A stretch of DNA of 64,000 nucleotides from an uncultured delta proteobacterium (lineage in GTDB: Bacteria > Desulfobacterota > Syntrophorhabdia > Syntrophorhabdales > WCHB1-27): assembly GCA_963810935.1 (NCBI GenBank), contig CAWEPK010000009.1:224001-288000 (forward strand), written 5' to 3'. This document shows, in pieces, positions 23,226-31,669 of the stretch. Below the pieces are notes generated by a model. The model made no database searches, was not told the DNA's origin, and saw only the letters and a list, made by a program, of their open reading frames with translations. Position 1 is the stretch's first letter. Every line of letters begins with the position of its first letter. The translations under genes were made by a program, and so were the position numbers.

Positions 23226-23247
23226 AGAGAGCCTCCGTCGTAATTTG

Positions 23248-23322
<75 letters not shown>

Positions 23323-23324
23323 CT

Positions 23325-23436
23325 TGGGAGCGGGCATATCCTCCACCCGCGACGCCTTTGCTTTATAGAGCGGGCATGCTTTCACCCGCTCCGCCTTTAC
23401 TTTTTGGAGCGGGCACGTTTTCACCCGCGACGCCCC
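23325..23436 (-). repeat. Three ~40-bp tandem repeats resembling the 3' end of the adjacent tRNA-Gly
   Basis: GAGCGGG recurs at 23328, 23368, 23407 and 23449 (the last is the tRNA itself). Each unit reads GCGGGT-loop-GCCCGC-TCYN on the minus strand. Confidence 0.85.
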
Positions 23437-23446
23437 AACGTTGTTA

Positions 23447-23523
23447 TGGAGCGGGAAACGGGATTCGAACCCGCGACCCTCAGCTTGGAAGGCTGACGCT
23501 CTGGCCAGCTGAGCTATTCCCGC
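23447..23523 (-). tRNA. tRNA-Gly (TCC)
   Basis: GCGGGAATAGCTCAG...TCAGC-CTTCCAA-GCTGA...GGTTCGAATCCCGTTTCCCGCTCCA. Confidence 0.96.
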
Positions 23524-23676
23524 CAGTCGAAACAATAAAGAGCTAACGAATCGAGCCATCACCCTATCACGACCAGCCGTTGATGGGATTCTCGACCTCG
23601 CAACCCTTAGCAATCTCAAAAGAGGCGAGGCGCTCCCCTTCAAAGAGCTCTCGCCTTCCACCTGTCACAATCTTTA

Positions 23677-23761
23677 TGGTGGAGAGGGGAGGATTCGAAC
23701 CTCCGAAGTCTGAGACAACAGATTTACAGTCTGCCCCCTTTGGCCGCTCGGGAACCTCTCC
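23677..23761 (-). tRNA. tRNA-Tyr (GTA)
   Basis: GGAGAGGTTCCCGAGCGGCCAAAGGG...GCAGA-CTGTAAA-TCTGT, long variable arm, ends CTCTCCACCA. Confidence 0.96.
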
Positions 23762-23766
23762 CCAAG

Positions 23767-23839
23767 AGCTGGTGATGGGACTCGAACCCGCAACCTGCTG
23801 ATTACAAATCAGCTGCTCTGCCTGTTGAGCTACACCAGC
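23767..23839 (-). tRNA. tRNA-Thr (TGT); 3' CCA end not encoded
   Basis: GCTGGTGTAGCTCAA...GCTGA-TTTGTAA-TCAGC...GGTTCGAGTCC...CACCAGCT. Confidence 0.94.
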
Positions 23840-23854
23840 TTTACATGAACCAGT

Positions 23855-23884
23855 ATTATAATATACGACGTTGGGCAAAATCAA
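23855..23884 (-). promoter_or_regulatory. sigma70 promoter of the tRNA-tuf operon
   Basis: TTGATT-N18-TATAAT on the minus strand, 15 nt upstream of tRNA-Thr. Confidence 0.65.
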
Positions 23885-24012
23885 CACAGATTATCCGAAG
23901 ATTATCTCTTGCATAGAGACGAAGAGAAAACTCCTGCACTAGTATATATCAGAATCCTTGCAAATGGAAGTGTTATCTGCGGGCCGGACCCCCGTTTTCC
24001 CCCCATAAAGGG

Positions 24013-24041
24013 TTGCAAAAAGGCCGAATTTGGTGTATACT
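24013..24041 (+). promoter_or_regulatory. sigma70-type promoter (distal) upstream of the RpoD-like gene
   Basis: TTGCAA-N17-TATACT. Confidence 0.55.
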
Positions 24042-24176
24042 AATAGTTGGAAGCCCTGTGTTGGTCGGCGCGCCTTTAATGTCTGTACTCTTTTTCATCC
24101 ACATAAAAGAAAAATCGCTGGACAAGCGGCGCAGTCGATGGATACAATTGGAAAAGCGGCAACAGAGGGCGCAAGG

Positions 24177-24204
24177 TTGACAAACAACGAATGCGTGCTA
24201 TATT
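24177..24204 (+). promoter_or_regulatory. sigma70-type promoter (proximal) upstream of the RpoD-like gene
   Basis: TTGACA-N16-TATATT with a TG extension. Confidence 0.55.
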
Positions 24205-24234
24205 GTAAAAAAGTTTATGGGTAATAATGCGTTT

Positions 24235-24268
24235 AAAATGCCCTTGATTCACATAAAGGGCATTTTTT
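24235..24268 (+). terminator. Intrinsic-terminator-like hairpin in the sigma-factor leader
   Basis: AAAATGCCCTT...AAGGGCATTTTTT, ending ~18 nt before the ATG. Confidence 0.5.
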
Positions 24269-24286
24269 GCACCCGGAGCGAGATCG

Positions 24287-25801
24287 ATGAGCATAAAAAA
24301 CTTTGACCAGATAAAGACATTGATCGACATAGGCATGGAGAAGGGTTATCTCACGCCCGACGAGATAAACGACTTCCTGCCGCAGAATATATTCTCGCCT
24401 GAAGACATCGAGGATATATTCGACTTCCTTTCGGAGTCGAATATAGACGTCGTAGAAACGATCAAGGACAAGATAGAGACCACCGAGGAGGAGCAGCGTG
24501 AATGGGAGGAGCCGGAGCGCTTTCCCACCGAGAAGACGGATAACATCATTTGGGCCTACCTTAAAGATATAGGCAGGATATCTCTTCTGTCCTCCGAAGA
24601 GGAATACGACATCGCGAAGAAGATCGAGGAGGGCGAGAGAAGGATCAGGAGCCTCCTGTTCGAGATGCCCCAGGCCATAGCCGAGCTTCAGGAACTTTCC
24701 TCCCAAATAAAAAAGGAGGCGGTCAGCATCATCGATATCGTGAAGAATATCGATGAGATGAACTTCACCAAGAAGGACGAGGAGCAGTACCGGAAGAAGA
24801 CGGTCACCCTGGCGAACAGCCTCAAGAACCTTTATGAGAAAAAGATTGAGATCAAGAAGCAAAAACAGGCCCGTGACGAATTCACGAGAAAACAGACCCA
24901 GAAAAAGCTAATCACACTGGGGAATAAGATAGAAGAGACGCTTGCGGCCCTCAACCTCCAAAAGAAGGTCCTGGAAGAGATCACGCGGAAGGTGGAGAAA
25001 CGCGTGAGGTTCCTGGACGAGAAAGAGGCCCGGTCGGTCCAGACGTCCTTACGCGAGATGGACGTTGTCGAAAGGGACCTGAAGATCGTTAAGAACCGGC
25101 TGATCAAAGCAAACCTCAGGCTCGTCATAAATATAGCCAAAAAGTACCTGAACAGGGGCCTTTCCTTCCTCGACCTGATACAAGAGGGCAACATGGGCCT
25201 CATGAAGGCCGCCGAAAAGTACGATTACCAGAAGGGGTACAAGTTTTCCACTTACTCTACCTGGTGGATCAGGCAGGCTATAACGAGGGCCATCGCCGAC
25301 TACGCGCGGACGATCAGGGTGCCGGTCCACGTCCTCGAGACGATGAATAAGATAACGAAGGTGACGATATCGCTTTACCAGGAGCTTGGCCGCGAGCCCA
25401 CCCTGGAGGAGATATCGGCCAAGGCCGCCCTGCCGCTCGAAAAGGTCAGGAAGATAATGAAGGTCTCCAACGAACCGATATCGATAGAGACGCCTATCGG
25501 GGACGACGACTCCAAGCTGGGCGACTTCATCGCAGACCCGAAATCGCCCTCGCCTTTCGAGGAGCTGGTCAATATCTCCTGCAAAGAGGAAATCGACAAG
25601 GTTCTCTCGACCCTTACCCCCAGGGAGGAGAAGGTCATACGTATGAGGCTGGGGATAGGCGAGAAGACGGACTATACACTCGAAGAGGTGGGCGACGTGT
25701 TCGGCCTCACCAGGGAGAGGATAAGGCAGATAGAGGCGAAGGCGTTAAGGAAGCTGAAACACCCTTCGAGGAGAAAACGGCTGGAAAGTTTCCTCGAATA
25801 G
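24287..25801 (+). CDS. RpoD-like (group 1/2) sigma70 factor
   Basis: Region 1.1 (GMEKGYLT), 1.2 (YLKDIG..LL..EEE), a non-conserved region, region 2 ([27 protein letters not shown]) and region 4 ([22 protein letters not shown]). Confidence 0.92.
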   Translation: MSIKNFDQIKTLIDIGMEKGYLTPDEINDFLPQNIFSPEDIEDIFDFLSESNIDVVETIKDKIETTEEEQREWEEPERFPTEKTDNIIWAYLKDIGRISLLSSEEEYDIAKKIEEGERRIRSLLFEMPQAIAELQELSSQIKKEAVSIIDIVKNIDEMNFTKKDEEQYRKKTVTLANSLKNLYEKKIEIKKQKQARDEFTRKQTQKKLITLGNKIEETLAALNLQKKVLEEITRKVEKRVRFLDEKEARSVQTSLREMDVVERDLKIVKNRLIKANLRLVINIAKKYLNRGLSFLDLIQEGNMGLMKAAEKYDYQKGYKFSTYSTWWIRQAITRAIADYARTIRVPVHVLETMNKITKVTISLYQELGREPTLEEISAKAALPLEKVRKIMKVSNEPISIETPIGDDDSKLGDFIADPKSPSPFEELVNISCKEEIDKVLSTLTPREEKVIRMRLGIGEKTDYTLEEVGDVFGLTRERIRQIEAKALRKLKHPSRRKRLESFLE

Positions 25802-25827
25802 GGGTCAGGCCGTCCGTTTCCCCGCAG

Positions 25828-26298
25828 TTAATCCACGAGATAGTTCTGTAGGGTCTGGTAGCTCTGGAAGTCCGTATCGATCAGGGTTGCCCCGACATTC
25901 GTCTGCCCGTTCGAGCGAACGTGCTTGGCGGTGCACTGGACAGAGAGGGGCTTTTCGCTTTTGGGCAGCGTGAACAAAAGGGAGATCTTCGAATCGTCGC
26001 CCTCTTCCTGCCTGAAATTATTGGGGACTGAGAAATTGATCCCTCCCAGGGACAGGTCGTTCACCATGCCAGCGTGCACGGTGCCATCGACGCTCGTGAC
26101 CAGCGCGGGGGCCGAGATTTTTTTCCTGGGAAAACGCCGTTTTTCTTCCTCTGTCCTGGCGGGCCGCTTCTTCTCTACGTAGTCATATAGGATGTTCTCT
26201 ATGACGGAAGAGAGAGATCTCCTCTCGGAAGACGACACCTTTTCGATGGCCTTTCTCAGCTCGTCGCTGGTACGGAAACATATAACAGTGTCTCGCAT
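25828..26298 (-). CDS. Ribbon-helix-helix + PilZ domain protein
   Basis: N-terminal VICFRTSDELRKAIEK...RSLSSVIENIL (RHH pattern), then PilZ motifs RRFPR and DLSLGG. Confidence 0.8.
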   Translation of the reverse strand: MRDTVICFRTSDELRKAIEKVSSSERRSLSSVIENILYDYVEKKRPARTEEEKRRFPRKKISAPALVTSVDGTVHAGMVNDLSLGGINFSVPNNFRQEEGDDSKISLLFTLPKSEKPLSVQCTAKHVRSNGQTNVGATLIDTDFQSYQTLQNYLVD

Positions 26299-26433
26299 CC
26301 GTCTGTCTCCTCCCTACAGGATTAAAAGCGACTTCGCTTCCCCGGCATAACAGAAAAAACGGCAAGCACTATAAATTGTAATACGTTGTTTCTGTGGGTT
26401 AGTCAAGAAAATTCTTTCTTCCCCCTACAAATT

Positions 26434-26763
26434 TTACACCTGCCCTGGCTCCCCACTGATGCTGAACAGGTGCCATCGGTCCGGACTGCGGCCTTTTCCC
26501 CGCCGCGGCTGCCTCTCGAAATAGATTTTCATCCTGCCCATCGTTGTCTCCACCTCGAACCAGTGCTTCCGCACGTACCGCTCAAGGCTGCCGTGGCGGC
26601 ATCTGCCCGTTTCGCGCCATACGCCCACTACTCTTTTGATATCCACCGTCCTGCCCTGCCAAACAAATTGGCGGGGCAGCCCAGGAGCCCCGGCCGCCAT
26701 GGCCGTGGTGTCGCAGGTCGAGGTGACGGGCTTTATGGTCTCGCTTACGAGGCGCTCGGCCAT
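26434..26763 (-). CDS. Conserved hypothetical protein (DUF6504-like)
   Basis: P.LPRQFVWQGR...WRE...YVRKHWFEV...IYFER...W.L pattern. Confidence 0.65.
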   Translation of the reverse strand: MAERLVSETIKPVTSTCDTTAMAAGAPGLPRQFVWQGRTVDIKRVVGVWRETGRCRHGSLERYVRKHWFEVETTMGRMKIYFERQPRRGKGRSPDRWHLFSISGEPGQV

Positions 26764-26832
26764 ATCCATTGTATATTGTAACACGAAGCTTCCGGCATGT
26801 CCGGCTTGGCGGCCATACATGCCGTCACCCTT

Positions 26833-27117
26833 TTAGCAGGTGCCCATCTCCTGCTGCTTATGGGGGTGCTGATGCACCTCGTGCTGGTGCGCGGGGTGGT
26901 CGTGGTCGTGCGGTCCATGCTCGCCGGTATGGGAATGGGAATGTGCTTCCCCTTCACCATCGTGCTTATGCATGTGCTTATGCTCATGGATGTGCTCGTG
27001 GGCATGCTCATGCTCGTGCTCGTGCGTGTGGACGACCTCTCCGTGCTGGTGCGGGTGGGAATGGACATGCTTGTGCGGGTGCACATGCAGATGGATGTGC
27101 TCGTGTTCTCCTTCCAT
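26833..27117 (-). CDS. Histidine-rich (HX)n putative metal-binding protein, 94 aa with 35 His
   Basis: Strong AAGGAGG RBS before ATG 27117; long alternating His runs. Confidence 0.8.
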   Translation of the reverse strand: MEGEHEHIHLHVHPHKHVHSHPHQHGEVVHTHEHEHEHAHEHIHEHKHMHKHDGEGEAHSHSHTGEHGPHDHDHPAHQHEVHQHPHKQQEMGTC

Positions 27118-27268
27118 TGTTCTCCTCCTTGGCGGCGAGGTGGCTGGCGCTCTAAACATACAATTCGGTCCGGGCGGCCGCAAAGTCAAGGTCCGTCAAC
27201 AGGCCGGTCGCCCCGCGCTTTTCTTCTAAAGCATTGCCGCCTTAGGCCGGGCCGTGGTACCATCTGGC

Positions 27269-27964
27269 ATGGTCAACCCGCCTTCCCCTGAAACGGTAAC
27301 GGAAGGGGTCTATCTCGTCGGAAGCTCCGATTTGACCGACGGCAGGGATTGCTCGGTCTACCTGGTGGACGCGGGCGAATTGGTCCTCATCGACGCTGGG
27401 GCGGGTGTCCGGACCGACAGCATCGTTCGGAATATAGAGCTTCTCGGGCTCGACCCCGCACACATCTCGACCCTCATCCTCACCCATTGCCATATCGACC
27501 ATATAGGCGGCGCCGCGTATCTCAAAGAGCGATTCGGCGTTCGCATCGTCATACACACCCTCGATGCAGCCCCGGTGGAGCAGGCCGATGAGGTGAGAAC
27601 GGGCGCGTCCTGGTACGGCCTGCGCCTTGCCCCGTTGCCCGTCGATGTTAAGCTCGCCGGGGCTGAAGAAAGCCTCACCTTCCGCGACGGCAAGACCCTC
27701 GTCTGCCTCCATACACCGGGGCATACGCCGGGCTCCATCTCGGTATACGGCGACATAAGGGGAAAGAGGGTGCTCTTCGGCCAGGACATACACGGGCCCT
27801 TCCTCCCGGAATTCGGTGCGGACCTCAATGCCTGGCAGCGCTCGATGAAGGCGCTCCTCGATCTGGAGGCCGATATCCTGTGCGAGGGCCATTTCGGCGT
27901 ATACCGGTCAAAAGCGGCAGTCAGGGACTACATAGAGCGTTACCTTGAGGAGTACGGGGACTAA
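27269..27964 (+). CDS. MBL-fold metallo-hydrolase
   Basis: THCHIDHIGG, HTPGHTPGS, GQD and CEGH; start uncertain. Confidence 0.9.
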   Translation: MVNPPSPETVTEGVYLVGSSDLTDGRDCSVYLVDAGELVLIDAGAGVRTDSIVRNIELLGLDPAHISTLILTHCHIDHIGGAAYLKERFGVRIVIHTLDAAPVEQADEVRTGASWYGLRLAPLPVDVKLAGAEESLTFRDGKTLVCLHTPGHTPGSISVYGDIRGKRVLFGQDIHGPFLPEFGADLNAWQRSMKALLDLEADILCEGHFGVYRSKAAVRDYIERYLEEYGD

Positions 27965-27967
27965 ACC

Positions 27968-28846
27968 TTAAGAGGCGGGCCCGACTTCCGGCGCAAACGC
28001 AGCGTCGCTGTCCTGCGCCCACAATGCAGCCTGCCTGCGCACCAGCTCGGTAAGGGACGCACCGTTCTTTACCAGCGTTCGCTGCCATTCCGCCTCATTC
28101 CCCTTGAATACGATGTCACGCACGATCCGGCACGCGTCTTCCGCGCCCAGGTCGATGGCGTGGCCTTCCACTTTCTTCAATGTGTCGAGGATGTCCTCGG
28201 CGATGCTCTTTTGCTCCCCCGACTGCGGGTCTGCGATGAGCCCTTCCTTTCCGAAGCGGCAGGCCTGGAAGCGGTTGAAGGTATAAGCGGTGTAAAGGTC
28301 TTCATCCGGCGCAAAGGGTTTTTCCACGATCAGGTACTTGCCCGGGACTTGCAGGTAGATCGCGAGGGCCGCCGCGGTATTCATCTGCAGGGGCGTATCG
28401 CACACGCGAAGCTCGATCGTCCCGTACTCCGGCTTCGGCCGCAGGTCCCAGTAAAAATCCTTCATCGACTCCACTATCCGCCTGGAGTTCATCTTGTCGA
28501 AAAAACTGATGAAATCATCCCAGGTAGTGACGAGCGGCGCCCGGCCCGATAGCGGGAAGGCAAAGACCGAATTGAGGCGGGCCGAATCGAAACCCGTATC
28601 CTGCCCCTGCACGAAGGGCGAGCAGGCGGAAAGCGCAATGAACTGCGGGATGTAGCGCGAGAGCCGGTGCAGCAGCGTCAGGGCCTCGTTTCCGTCCGAG
28701 CAGCCGAGGTGCACGTACTGGCCGAAAACGGTGAATTGCTTGGCCAGGTAGCCGTAGCGTGTGGAAATCTCGTGGAAACGCGGCTTGTCGAAGATCTGCC
28801 GGTCGCTCCACCACTGGAAGGGGTGGGTGCCTCCGCCGCCACGCAA
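27968..28846 (-). pseudogene. N-terminally truncated YbdK/GCS2 carboxylate-amine ligase
   Basis: [31 protein letters not shown] and [18 protein letters not shown]. The N-terminal region that normally carries the G.ELE motif is missing, and there is no RBS. Confidence 0.75.
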
Positions 28847-29090
28847 GGTCGAGGCGCTGGCCGAGCCGGAAAAGGACTATGCCGAGGGCGACGTCTACGG
28901 CCGGCCGCCACAGGCCCGCCATATCGGGCGAGACCCATTTCAGTCCCGGCGCCCCGAATACCATGCCAAGGACGATATATGTGGCAACGCGGGGGATGCG
29001 GCGCGTCCTGAACAGGGCATCGGCAGTCGCGGCGCTGACGAGCAATGCGATGCCGAAAGCAAAAAAGGGGCTGATCGCTGCGGGTACTGC
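28825..29090 (-). pseudogene. N-terminal fragment of a cation:proton antiporter
   Basis: FGIALLV...RIPRVATYIVLGMVFG.PGL...[17 protein letters not shown] is CPA2-like. It breaks off at the YbdK junction; boundaries approximate. Confidence 0.6.
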
Positions 29091-29332
29091 GGGCAAAAAA
29101 TCAAACGTCTGGGGCAAACAAACACCACAAAGCTGAGTAACTTGACCGAACGCGATAGATCTGCCTTTTTCGGTCCTGCCCAGGCCCGAGTGTGCCACAT
29201 GCGTCGTCCGAAAGTCAAAGGAAAAGAAGCGACGTGACAAAGTCCCGTTATTCAGGCGTCTTACGCACGGTTGACATGGTCGCATTCATACCTATGTTGG
29301 GAATGAAAAGAACACGAGCAAGGAGGTGCGTC

Positions 29333-29506
29333 ATTCTATACTGGGCAATCATATTTCTGGTAATTGCGGTTATAGCTGCGATTTTCGGCTTTGCCGTCAT
29401 TGCCGGGACGGCGGCATGGATCGCAAAGGTGTTGTTTATCGTCTTCCTCATCCTCTTCGTTATCTCCCTTATCTCAGGAAGACGGAGAACACCGCCCGTA
29501 GCCTGA
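29333..29506 (+). CDS. DUF1328/UPF0391 small membrane protein, apparent ATT start
   Basis: (I)[19 protein letters not shown].. [35 protein letters not shown] lies 6 nt before ATT. Confidence 0.75.
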   Translation: MLYWAIIFLVIAVIAAIFGFAVIAGTAAWIAKVLFIVFLILFVISLISGRRRTPPVA

Positions 29507-29541
29507 AGAGGGGATCGTTTCAAGATAGCCTGACAGACAAT

Positions 29542-29574
29542 AAAAAAAACCCGGGGGGAAGACTCACCCCCGGG
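29542..29574 (-). terminator. Intrinsic terminator between convergent genes
   Basis: CCCGGGGG/CCCCCGGG stem followed by T8 on the minus strand. Confidence 0.75.
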
Positions 29575-29601
29575 CAACAATGGCTTTCTAATCTTTGCGC
29601 C

Positions 29602-30600
29602 TTATGCCTCGAACAGCGTGATGATGGGATATTCCTTGATCCGGAGCACCCCGTCCAGGGTCTTGAACTTGTTCCGGATCGTGGTCTCGATCTCGGCGAA
29701 GCTCGTGCCCTGCATTAGGAGCACGATGTTGAACCGGCCGTCCGTATAGTCGCAGTTCACCACCTGGTCGTCGAAGTAGAGGGCCGGATAGACCGACTCG
29801 AGCTTCTCCTTCTCCACTTCCAGCATGACGTAGGACGAGATTCTCATGCGCGCGGCCTGCGCGGAGGCCGCTTCGCTCTCGTTTTTGTCCCTGCCGAGCG
29901 CCTTGTCGACCGTGCCCATGATGTTGATCACGTTGTCGCCAAGTATCGGCGTCTCGACGCCCAGAAGGGATACCTCGCCGACGCCTTCCAACGTCTTGAT
30001 CTCTTTATCGACCAACTCCTTTATCACGTCGGCGGTAGGGGCCTGAAGCAAAAGTACCAGGTCGCAGTCACCCCTCGTCGCGTCGCAATAGAGCACGTTG
30101 GGGTGGAAGTAGAGCGTCCGGTACGTACCGAGCAGGCTTGCGCCGCGGTCTACGGAAACCAGAGCGTACATGCTGACCGACTCCTTCTTGGCCGTTTGCT
30201 CGACGACGGGCGACTCGGGCACGACATCCGATTTCGGCTCCAACTGCTCCAGAAGCTTTGCGAGCTGGTCCATGTCGAAGGGCTTCTTCAGAAAGGCGTC
30301 GGCCGCCTTGGCCTGCTCGGAAACTGCGTCGCTGTCATAGCCGGTGATGATGATGACGGGGAGCTGGGGGTAGTTGACCTTGATGACCTTGAGCAGCTTG
30401 AAGCCGTCTATGTCAGGCAGCCTTATGTCGACGACCGCGCAGCTAAAGGGCATTGCGTTCTTCTGGTACGTCTCCAGGGTGCCGAGGGCCTTCATCCCGT
30501 TCTCGCACGGCTCGGTCTGGTAGCCCTTCTGCATGAGCCCCATGCTGACGCTCCGTCTCAAAGATGCTTCGTCATCGATTAGAAGAACTTTCTTTTCCAT
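29602..30600 (-). CDS. Response regulator with two Lrp/AsnC ligand-binding-like domains
   Basis: REC domain (LLIDDE, VVDIRLPD, ITGY, KKPF), then two repeats of YALV..E/D...CD...G..D/N.VLL...GV. Confidence 0.8.
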   Translation of the reverse strand: MEKKVLLIDDEASLRRSVSMGLMQKGYQTEPCENGMKALGTLETYQKNAMPFSCAVVDIRLPDIDGFKLLKVIKVNYPQLPVIIITGYDSDAVSEQAKAADAFLKKPFDMDQLAKLLEQLEPKSDVVPESPVVEQTAKKESVSMYALVSVDRGASLLGTYRTLYFHPNVLYCDATRGDCDLVLLLQAPTADVIKELVDKEIKTLEGVGEVSLLGVETPILGDNVINIMGTVDKALGRDKNESEAASAQAARMRISSYVMLEVEKEKLESVYPALYFDDQVVNCDYTDGRFNIVLLMQGTSFAEIETTIRNKFKTLDGVLRIKEYPIITLFEA

Positions 30601-30651
30601 GATATGTCTCCTTTATATTATTTTCTGTGTTATCGATCATGCCTTTGATAT

Positions 30652-30667
30652 AGCAAGAGCGATGCCA
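30652..30667 (-). promoter_or_regulatory. sigma54 (-24/-12) promoter
   Basis: TGGCAT-CGCTC-TTGCT on the minus strand, ~50 nt upstream of ATG 30600. Confidence 0.8.
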
Positions 30668-30904
30668 CAAACAAAACATCAAGTGTTACATGTAGTTAGC
30701 TGTCAGGAGACATGCCCGGCGGAAACACGGGCGATAAGGAAAGATAGCCCTTTGGCTGAAACCCGCCTATTTGCAAGGGCTTTCGTCACTGTCAATATTC
30801 TTCTCGTTTATCACCTGGACGGATTACCTTGGGAGAGAAGGGTTTGACGCTATCAAGAAATTTTATAGCAAGAAGGTATACAAAAAGAAGAAACTTGCCC
30901 GGAT

Positions 30905-31068
30905 AGGGGGCGCTGAACCCCAATGATTGTCAAAGCGAGCGAATGCGAAGCGCCGAGGGGAGGCTCCATGCGGCTTCGCCGCTGGAGGGGGTGCTGAACC
31001 CCAATAGTTGCAGCGCCGAGCGGGAAGCCTCGCCGGGCTTTGCCCGGCGAGGGTGCTGAACCCCAATA
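30905..31068 (-). repeat. Three units of a variant two-hairpin repeat
   Basis: YATTGGGGTTCAGCRCCC occurs three times; two units are followed by C-GAA-G or C-AAA-G hairpins. Confidence 0.8.
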
Positions 31069-31075
31069 ACTGCCC

Positions 31076-31669
31076 TCAGTGGGTGATTGCCGAATTCGCG
31101 CCTGCGCCGTATTTAATCGCGAACCAGCCGTTTCCTGCCGTACGGTATTGGTCCATGTCGCTTTCATAGATCGTTATCTTATCGTCCACAATCCGCTGAA
31201 GCGCCGTAAGGTCTACGCGGCCCGAGCGCCACATCGCCCGCACCTCCCGCACGTTCTGAGACGCATACTCCTTTTCATAGGCCGAGATAAAATCGCCGAG
31301 CGCCGCCAGGCCCTCCTTCTCCTTGCCCTGTTTCAGGAGAATCAAGGCTTTGTAGCCGAGTATTCGGATATAAGAATCGCCCTGCTTGAGTTTCGCCGCG
31401 TCCTGAACGTAACGGAACGCGCCCTCTACGTCGTCGAGATTAAAACTCGCGGTGGCCGCAAAGGCGCAAGGCTCCGATTCTGTGGGCATCGATTTGGCCG
31501 CCTTAACGAATTCGTCCAGCGATTGCTTATAGTCTCCGTCGCTGAGCAACTTCTTCCCGTTCCACATGTCGGAGCGGTATGATCCGTACTGCTTCACCTG
31601 CTGCACTTGGGAGCAGCCGAGAAGACCCAGGACAAGCACCAAAAAACATGACAGGAACACCTTTCTCAT
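31076..31669 (-). CDS. TPR-like lipoprotein
   Basis: Lipobox LLGC, helical TPR-like pattern, GGAGG RBS. Confidence 0.7.
   Translation of the reverse strand: MRKVFLSCFLVLVLGLLGCSQVQQVKQYGSYRSDMWNGKKLLSDGDYKQSLDEFVKAAKSMPTESEPCAFAATASFNLDDVEGAFRYVQDAAKLKQGDSYIRILGYKALILLKQGKEKEGLAALGDFISAYEKEYASQNVREVRAMWRSGRVDLTALQRIVDDKITIYESDMDQYRTAGNGWFAIKYGAGANSAITH

Noticed and set aside
23325..23436. CRISPR or mini-array reading of the 40-bp repeats
   Set aside because: Spacers are only ~10 nt, the units are degenerate, and they clearly resemble the adjacent tRNA-Gly 3' end.
26797..27291. Hydrophobic 164-aa ORF (VLMLV-rich) on the + strand
   Set aside because: It is the antisense shadow of the His-rich gene (CAY codons read as RTG); the minus-strand gene has the strong RBS.
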